Shown here: in pieces, positions 37,391-43,426 of the stretch
How positions within the stretch are numbered: position 1 is the stretch's first letter
Layout of the letters: each line of letters begins with the position of its first letter
From: Acutalibacteraceae bacterium
GTDB lineage: Bacteria; Bacillota; Clostridia; Oscillospirales; Acutalibacteraceae
Reading direction: 5' to 3'
Length of the DNA: 43,426 bases
NCBI GenBank assembly: GCA_963640495.1
Contig: CAVHYZ010000002.1
Span: 1-43,426, forward strand
The notes under the pieces: model-generated
Database searches by the model: none
The model's input: only the letters and a program-made list of their open reading frames with translations
What the model was told of the DNA's origin: nothing
Program-made: the position numbers and the translations under genes

Positions 37391-38771
37391 ATGTATCCCA
37401 AGTAAGACTTACTTTGAGTCCGTCAACAGTGTAAGTTACATCTTTCCAAATGTTTCTGTCAACAGCAGTAGTAAACGCCTTAAGCATTTCTTCATCTGTC
37501 ATGAGAATTGTGGTTTTAAGGGTAAGTGAGTGAGGGCTGTAAAGGCGTGTGCCCATCTTAAAGCCGTTTACCCACCAGTGATTTTGTTCATTGATATTTA
37601 CGAGCAAATCGTCGCCATGCCAGATTTGAAGGCTCATATCAAGTTGGTCTTCAGTTTTTACAACATCGTAATATGTGCCGTATTTACCCTTATCACGATA
37701 ATAAACGCCAACCTCGCCACCGTTGGTAATGAGATAATTACCCTTCCACATTTGAATCATATAGTCTTTATTGTTATATTCAAAGTGGAATCTACGGGTG
37801 TTGTAGCAGTAAACGGGCAAAGCATAGCAGAGGGCATCATACTCGAAACAGAAGCCGAAGTTGCGCATCCAGCAGTTTATGGGAGCATATACAAGAGCCT
37901 CTTTATAGTTGCAGTTGAAGCCTGTGTTCTGCATGCCTTGATCGTCCCAACCGTAACATTCTCCGGTTTCGGTGTTTATATAAATTGCGGTATTGTAGCG
38001 CTCTGTGCCACCATCACCGTATGTTAAAACCATTTCAACTTTATAAACTGAATTTCCTTTAGGAATAAGCTCAAGCTGTGCGGATTTTATAGAGCTCATA
38101 ACTGCGCCCATAATCCAAGTAACTGTATACATTAGAGTGTTGCCCTCTTCATCATATTGGTCTCTGAGAGCATACATTTCTTTTCTGTACTCTGCGGTGT
38201 CAATATTAAGAACTTTATTGATTTTGTCAACAGATTCGCTTTCATCCGGTAAGTTTGTGAGAAGCTTGTAAACATCAAGGGCAGTATTTGAGCTGATGGT
38301 ATCACATACTTCTTTAAGGGCATCGTCCATAGTTACAGGCAGATTTTTAGGTTTTGAGAATAAGATTTTGCCGGTAACAACATATTTAGCAAGCCTTAAA
38401 GCTTGATAAATCTTGAAGAAAGTGGAAGTAGTAAGAGTAGGAACACCCTTGCTGTAAATATCATTTTTAAGTGAAAATCCCTTTTGCTCTGTGATTTGTT
38501 CAGTTTGCTCCGTTGTTTTTTCTTCGACTGCGGAAGGAGCTGTTTCTGAGGAGGATGAGTCTTTATTTACTTCAGAATTATCTTTAGGCTCTTCTTTGGG
38601 GGATTCTTTTGTGGCTTCTGTAGATTCTTCTTTTGTTTCATCAGATACGGACGAATTACTGCCTGCACCTGTGCCTTCCGATGAACTGCCATCGGCAAAT
38701 GCAGGGGGCAAAACGCAAAACGTCATTATAAAAATAAGCAAAATCGCCATGAAAGGTGTTGTTTTTTTCAT
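37389..38771 (-). CDS. Secreted DUF4474-like protein with a low-complexity S/E/T/K linker
   Basis: Signal peptide (AFA), acidic linker, C-terminal NCWMRNFGF..YD, YMIQMWKGNY...GGEVGVY and HWWVNGFK. Confidence 0.75.
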   Translation of the reverse strand: MKKTTPFMAILLIFIMTFCVLPPAFADGSSSEGTGAGSNSSVSDETKEESTEATKESPKEEPKDNSEVNKDSSSSETAPSAVEEKTTEQTEQITEQKGFSLKNDIYSKGVPTLTTSTFFKIYQALRLAKYVVTGKILFSKPKNLPVTMDDALKEVCDTISSNTALDVYKLLTNLPDESESVDKINKVLNIDTAEYRKEMYALRDQYDEEGNTLMYTVTWIMGAVMSSIKSAQLELIPKGNSVYKVEMVLTYGDGGTERYNTAIYINTETGECYGWDDQGMQNTGFNCNYKEALVYAPINCWMRNFGFCFEYDALCYALPVYCYNTRRFHFEYNNKDYMIQMWKGNYLITNGGEVGVYYRDKGKYGTYYDVVKTEDQLDMSLQIWHGDDLLVNINEQNHWWVNGFKMGTRLYSPHSLTLKTTILMTDEEMLKAFTTAVDRNIWKDVTYTVDGLKVSLTWDT

Positions 38772-38935
38772 AAGTCGCCTCCTATTATTACTATATAATA
38801 TTACCTCTCCGGTGCATTATACTATATATAAGAGAATTTTGCAAGTTTTAATATTTTTCAAGAATTAAATCTGTTGATTATTTGATGAATATGGTTTATA
38901 CTTGGTAGGTAGTAATTAAATGAAGGAGGAAATTT

Positions 38936-40174
38936 ATGAATAGGTATGAAAGTGCAAAAGAGCTATATGCTTCTTACGGTGTAGATACTGAAAAAGCTAT
39001 TGAAAGTGCAAAAAACGTTCCCATCTCAATTCACTGCTGGCAAGGCGATGATGTTCTCGGCTTTGACAGCACGGGAGCTCTCAGCGGCGGTATTCAGACT
39101 ACGGGAAATTATCCGGGCAGAGCCTCAACACCCGAAGAACTTATGGCAGATTTAGACAAAGTACTTTCTCTTATCCCCGGCAAGAAAAAATTAAATTTAC
39201 ACGCAAGCTATGCTATTTTTGATGGCGAAAGAGTTGACCGTGATAAAATCAAACCCGAACATTTCAAAAAATGGATCGATTTTGCAAAAGAGAGAGGTAT
39301 AGGCCTTGATTTTAACCCTACATTTTTCTCTCACCCAATGGTTAAAGATAATTTAACTCTTACATCTCCGGATGAAACCGTGCGTAAATTCTGGGTAGAG
39401 CACGGCAAGAGATGCGTTGAAATTTCCGAATATTTCGCAAATGAAACAGGTGTTCCCTGCCTTATGAATATTTGGATTCCCGACGGCTACAAAGATATGC
39501 CCGCAGATCGCCTTTCTCCCAGAATGAGATACGCAAAATCCCTTGATGAAATTCTTTCCGTACCTTATGATAAATCAAAAGTTTTCATCTCTCTTGAATC
39601 CAAGGTTTTCGGCATAGGTCTTGAAAGCTACACTGCCGGCTCTGCCGAATTTACCATGGGATATACCATAAAAAACGGTCTTGTTCCTCTTATGGATAAT
39701 GGCCACTATCATCCCACGGAGGTTGTTTCCGATAAGATTTCATCTATGCTCTGCTTTAACGATAAAATAGGTTTGCATATTACCCGTGGCGTAAGATGGG
39801 ACAGCGATCATGTGGTGCTTTTTGATGATGAAACAAAAGAAATTATGAGAGAACTGGTCAGAAACGATGCCCTTGACAGAGCATTTATCGCAACAGATTA
39901 TTTTGACGCTTCCATAAACAGAATTTCCGCTTGGGTTACAGGCTCCAGAAATGTGCAAAAGGCTTTGCTCTATGCTTTGCTTGAACCCTCAAAGGCTAAA
40001 AAAGAGCTTCAAGATAAATCTGATTTTACTGCTCTTATGGCCATTAGTGAAGAAGAAAAAACTTTACCTTTCGGTGACGTTTGGCAAGAATACCTTGACA
40101 GATGCGGCCTTAAGAATAGTTATATTGATGATATTAAAGAATATGAACAGAAAGTACTGGTGACCAGAAAATGA
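38936..40174 (+). CDS. rhaA: L-rhamnose isomerase
   Basis: SIHCWQGDDV.GF, LNLHA, DFNPTFFSH, NIWIPDG, ESKVFGIG.ESYT, GHYHPTE, VRWDSDHV, DYFDASINR. Confidence 0.96.
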   Translation: MNRYESAKELYASYGVDTEKAIESAKNVPISIHCWQGDDVLGFDSTGALSGGIQTTGNYPGRASTPEELMADLDKVLSLIPGKKKLNLHASYAIFDGERVDRDKIKPEHFKKWIDFAKERGIGLDFNPTFFSHPMVKDNLTLTSPDETVRKFWVEHGKRCVEISEYFANETGVPCLMNIWIPDGYKDMPADRLSPRMRYAKSLDEILSVPYDKSKVFISLESKVFGIGLESYTAGSAEFTMGYTIKNGLVPLMDNGHYHPTEVVSDKISSMLCFNDKIGLHITRGVRWDSDHVVLFDDETKEIMRELVRNDALDRAFIATDYFDASINRISAWVTGSRNVQKALLYALLEPSKAKKELQDKSDFTALMAISEEEKTLPFGDVWQEYLDRCGLKNSYIDDIKEYEQKVLVTRK

Positions 40175-40986
40175 AAAATATTTTTGATGCCCCCTTCCTT
40201 AAAGAAATGATGCAAACAACGGCGAATATGTATCGCCTCGGCTATGATGAAAGAAACGGCGGTAACATAAGTTGGATGCTTGAGCGAGAGATTGTCGGGG
40301 AATATCTTGACCTTAATAATGTAATTCGCACTATTCCCACAGGCTTTAAGGCAGATGCTCTTAAAGGCAAAATTTTCATAGTTACCGGCACGGGAAAATA
40401 TTTTAAAAATGTTCAGTTTGACCCCGAAACTAATCTGGGTATTATCCGTATTGGTGAAGACGGCGAAACAGCCGAGCTTCTTTGGGGATATAAAGACGGC
40501 GGTCAATTTACAAGCGAGCTCCCCGCTCACCTTATGAGTCACATGGCACGCCTGAGCGTGAACCCCAACAACAGGATTATTATGCACTGCCATCCCGATT
40601 ACACCCTTGCAATGACTCAGGTGCATGAAATGGATGAAAGAGCCCTCACCCGCACTTTATGGAAACAAATGACGGAAAGTATCGTTGTATTCCCCGAAGG
40701 TGTCGGTGTTCTTCCTTGGATGGTTTGCGGTACTAATGAGATTGGCGCTGCAACTGCCGAAAAAATGAAAGAATACAGGCTTGTTGTTTGGACTCTTCAC
40801 GGCATTTATGGCTGCGGGAATGATATGGACGAAGCGTTCGGACTTATTGAAACCGTTGAAAAAGCAGCAAAAATGTATATGCTTACAGCCCATTTGCCCA
40901 TAGTAAATACTATCAGTGATGAAAATTTAATGGGCCTTGTTAAGAGATTTAATCTTAATTACAGAAAAGACTTTTTAGACATATAA
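40171..40986 (+). CDS. rhaD: Rhamnulose-1-phosphate aldolase
   Basis: DERNGGNIS, VTGTGKYFKN, TSELPAH, MHCH, W..HG, ETVEKAA; ATGA overlap with rhaA. Confidence 0.96.
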   Translation: MKNIFDAPFLKEMMQTTANMYRLGYDERNGGNISWMLEREIVGEYLDLNNVIRTIPTGFKADALKGKIFIVTGTGKYFKNVQFDPETNLGIIRIGEDGETAELLWGYKDGGQFTSELPAHLMSHMARLSVNPNNRIIMHCHPDYTLAMTQVHEMDERALTRTLWKQMTESIVVFPEGVGVLPWMVCGTNEIGAATAEKMKEYRLVVWTLHGIYGCGNDMDEAFGLIETVEKAAKMYMLTAHLPIVNTISDENLMGLVKRFNLNYRKDFLDI

Positions 40987-41047
40987 TGTATAAACCCCCG
41001 AGGCTTTTGTCACGGGTGGATAAGGCAGTATTTTATATGAGGAATTT

Positions 41048-41076
41048 GGAGTAGTCCGAAAAGGGCTACTCCTTTT
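41048..41076 (+). terminator. Hairpin with T-tract at the element end
   Basis: GGAGTAGTCC-gaaaa-GGGCTACTCC-TTTT. Confidence 0.65.
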
Positions 41077-41089
41077 CCATTCGCCGGGG

Positions 41090-42799
41090 TTAACCGGCAT
41101 TTTGCTCGTGCATATCGGCGAGTGCCTGTAATTCTTGCTCTGTCGGTCTTTCAAACAGTCCGACGCCGGTAAAGTAAATATCTACCTTGACATGGCAGTG
41201 ACCGTCATACTTATCGTTATTGTGAACTTCTATACGTCGGATCATCATATTCACGATTTCAGGCGTCAATTCCCGCATTTCAGAATATTTACGAAATCCG
41301 TTTAGAAGCATTCGCACATCAACGGCTTTCTGCTCCGCATCGGCGAGCTGCTTTTCTGCGTCAGCAACAGACTTTTTCAAGCTTCGCTGTTCCGATTCGT
41401 AATCAGCCGTCATTGTCATAAAACGCTCATCTGAAATCATCCCACTTACATTCTTCTCGAAAAGGTTGGAAATATTGCGGTCAATTTCTTTGATGCGTTT
41501 GTTGCCGTTGAGGATAGCGCTTTTCAAAGCCTGAATGTCACTTTCTCTTTCAACGGTATTGCGCATTTTAATCAGATTTAGAAAGTCATTCTCATAACAA
41601 CGTATGAAGTCGGAAATATCGCTGATTGCTTCTGTTACAATCTGTTCAAGCACCACATTTCGGATAAAATGAATTTTGCAGAGACCTCGTCCGCTTTTAT
41701 AATTGGCACAGCGGAAGAACTCCTGCTCCCTTCTCAGACTTTTAGAGGCACAGAAATGCAGCTTTGCTCCACAGTCCGGGCAGTATACCAAACCGCTGAA
41801 AAGACTTTTTCTCCCCGTTGCGGTCGGTCTGCGTTTATTGCTTCGTAACACTTGTACACGCTCCCATACATCTTCTGAAATAATCGGCTCTTGCATATTT
41901 GGGATGATCTGTTGCTCCTCCTCTGAGTTATATACCGTTTTATGGACTTTGTAGCTAATAGTCGTGGTTTTGAAATTCACGGCGCATCCGGTATATTGGC
42001 GATTAGCCAGAATGTGCTCGATAGAGGAGTCCTTCCACAGATGCGGCTTAACGGGAAGATTATTGCTTGTCTTTTTCTCTATGGAATGATAATATTCCGT
42101 AGGGGTCATAACACCTTCCCGTTCAAGTTGACTTGCAATCTGCGTAGGGCCGTATCCCGCGAGGCAAAGATCATATATTTTACGGACTGTTTCAGCCGCA
42201 GGTTCATCAATCAACCAGTGATCTTCATCATCGGGATTCTTCCTATACCCAAAAGGTACGGAAGAAGAAACGCGTTTACCGTTCTCCGCTTTCATACGGT
42301 TTACCGCACGGATTTTCTTCGAGGTCTGCGCCGCATACCATTCATTGAAGATATTATGGAACGGCATCATTTCCGCACCCGTGTTCTGTTCGGTATCTAC
42401 ATTCTCCTGAATAGCAATAAAACGAACGCCGAGCGTCGGGTACTTGATTTCAAGATACTGTCCGGCCTCCAGATAGTTTCTTCCAAAACGGGAAAGATCT
42501 TTGACGATAACCGTTCCGATTTCGCCTCGTTCTATCATTTCTTCCATACGGATAAAATCCGGTCTTTCAAAGGTGGTACCCGAAACGCCGTCATCCACAA
42601 AAAACATTGTGTTCGTGTAGCCCTTCCGCTTAGCGTAGTCAAGCAGCATCTTTTTTTGATTCGTTATTGAGTTCGACTCGTCCTCGACCTGACGCTTTCT
42701 TTTTCCTGCCTTTTCGTCCGGCAGGTCATCCTGCGATAAACGACAGTAAAGAGCCGTGATTTTATTGTTTTGCCCTGTTATATTATTTGCTGTTGTCAT
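41090..42799 (-). CDS. Large serine recombinase (TnpX-like; resolvase, recombinase, Zn-ribbon, DUF4368-like)
   Basis: Catalytic YCRLS, DDGVSG, VKDLSRFGRN, PFGY, CPDCG...C...C, IRRIEVH; start MTTAN after AAGGAG. Confidence 0.93.
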   Translation of the reverse strand: MTTANNITGQNNKITALYCRLSQDDLPDEKAGKRKRQVEDESNSITNQKKMLLDYAKRKGYTNTMFFVDDGVSGTTFERPDFIRMEEMIERGEIGTVIVKDLSRFGRNYLEAGQYLEIKYPTLGVRFIAIQENVDTEQNTGAEMMPFHNIFNEWYAAQTSKKIRAVNRMKAENGKRVSSSVPFGYRKNPDDEDHWLIDEPAAETVRKIYDLCLAGYGPTQIASQLEREGVMTPTEYYHSIEKKTSNNLPVKPHLWKDSSIEHILANRQYTGCAVNFKTTTISYKVHKTVYNSEEEQQIIPNMQEPIISEDVWERVQVLRSNKRRPTATGRKSLFSGLVYCPDCGAKLHFCASKSLRREQEFFRCANYKSGRGLCKIHFIRNVVLEQIVTEAISDISDFIRCYENDFLNLIKMRNTVERESDIQALKSAILNGNKRIKEIDRNISNLFEKNVSGMISDERFMTMTADYESEQRSLKKSVADAEKQLADAEQKAVDVRMLLNGFRKYSEMRELTPEIVNMMIRRIEVHNNDKYDGHCHVKVDIYFTGVGLFERPTEQELQALADMHEQNAG

Positions 42800-42882
42800 A
42801 TTAAAATTCTCCTTTCCGACAACCGGGCATAGCAAAGGCAAGTATAGTTTACTACGCCCGGTCATCTTTTTCGAATGTGCGA

Positions 42883-43062
42883 TTATGCGGATTTCTGCGA
42901 GAGCAGCAGATCACGGAACTGCTGCAGCACACTCTGCTTACCGCTTTCATTAAAATGGGTTGTCACTTCGTAGACCGTGCCGCCGATCTTCATCCTGAAA
43001 GATGATTCGGCATCAGGCTCAAAGCCGAAGTGAGTCAATTCAAATTTTGCTTTTTCATCCAT
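42883..43062 (-). CDS. TnpW-like transposon-encoded small protein
   Basis: KIGGTVYEVTTHFNESGKQSV, directly upstream of the recombinase; AGGAGG RBS. Confidence 0.75.
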   Translation of the reverse strand: MDEKAKFELTHFGFEPDAESSFRMKIGGTVYEVTTHFNESGKQSVLQQFRDLLLSQKSA

Positions 43063-43075
43063 ATGCGTTCCTCCT

Positions 43076-43426
43076 TTATCTTTCACGGTCGTTTCGTCGG
43101 CGGTAATCTCGTTCGCAGAGCTTTACGACAGCGTCTTCAATTTGAGCGACGGTATAGCTTTGCGGAAAATATTTGCGTATACGATCCATAGGGATTTTCA
43201 GACGATCCTTTTGATTGGCTTTTTCCTCCGACATGATTCGCATAATCTCAAAGCTGTCGAGCTTACCCACACGGTCAGCCTTATGCATCCGCCACGCCTG
43301 CGAATATGACGGTGTGCAGTCATTGACAGCGCACTGTTCCAATACCTCACGCTGGCTTTGCTCATCAAGGAATGACAGCTCCACGCCGACGGACAGCGCA
43401 ATTTCACCGTTATCCATCTTTTCGAG
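43076..43426 (-). CDS. C-terminal part of a ParB/RepB/Spo0J-family protein, truncated by the window edge
   Basis: GVELSFL..Q...TPS.SQA.RM...IMSEEKANQ...KYFP resembles the C-terminus of ParB-like proteins in Firmicute integrative elements. Confidence 0.7.
   Translation of the reverse strand, partial: LEKMDNGEIALSVGVELSFLDEQSQREVLEQCAVNDCTPSYSQAWRMHKADRVGKLDSFEIMRIMSEEKANQKDRLKIPMDRIRKYFPQSYTVAQIEDAVVKLCERDYRRRNDRER

Larger units (their letters stand above)
41010..43426 (-). mobile_element. One end of a serine-recombinase integrative element (Tn4451/TnpX-TnpW-like), continuing beyond the window
   Basis: ParB-like, TnpW-like and large serine recombinase genes in the typical order; visibly more CG-rich than the flank. 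The boundary is approximate. Confidence 0.8.

Noticed and set aside
1..43426. CRISPR array, rRNA, retron/DGR or recognisable anti-phage operon
   Set aside because: No regularly spaced repeats, rRNA-like sequence, reverse transcriptase or cas motifs were seen by eye.

Overview
A 43.4 kb chromosomal segment of a low-GC anaerobic Firmicute; the gene style suggests Clostridia of the Oscillospirales/Ruminococcaceae type (inference). In order: a metallophosphoesterase; a heterodimeric ABC exporter pair; a ~9.6 kb minus-strand locus with two T-box riboswitches, each in front of a paralogous XRE-cupin/acyl-CoA synthetase fusion, followed by ilvE, a P-loop ATPase and a four-subunit 2-oxoacid:ferredoxin oxidoreductase (VOR-type); a small decaying ArsR/nitroreductase cassette; a U32 protein, zapA, an MFS transporter and a lipoprotein; core genes (rpsU, leuS, rsfS, nadD-yqeK fusion, an ABC pair, rplL-rplJ with L10 leader, rplA-rplK, nusG-secE-rpmG); two DUF4474-like proteins around tRNA-Gly and a partly pseudogenised accessory cluster; rhaA-rhaD; and one end of a serine-recombinase (TnpX/TnpW-type) element. 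The most interesting item is the T-box locus. The two leaders are paralogous but appear to carry different specifier codons (AUC/Ile and GUA/Val). This suggests a riboswitch-partitioned pathway that builds Ile and Val from 2-methylbutyrate and isobutyrate by CoA activation, reductive carboxylation and transamination. All calls come from reading the sequence by eye; no searches or folding computations were run.
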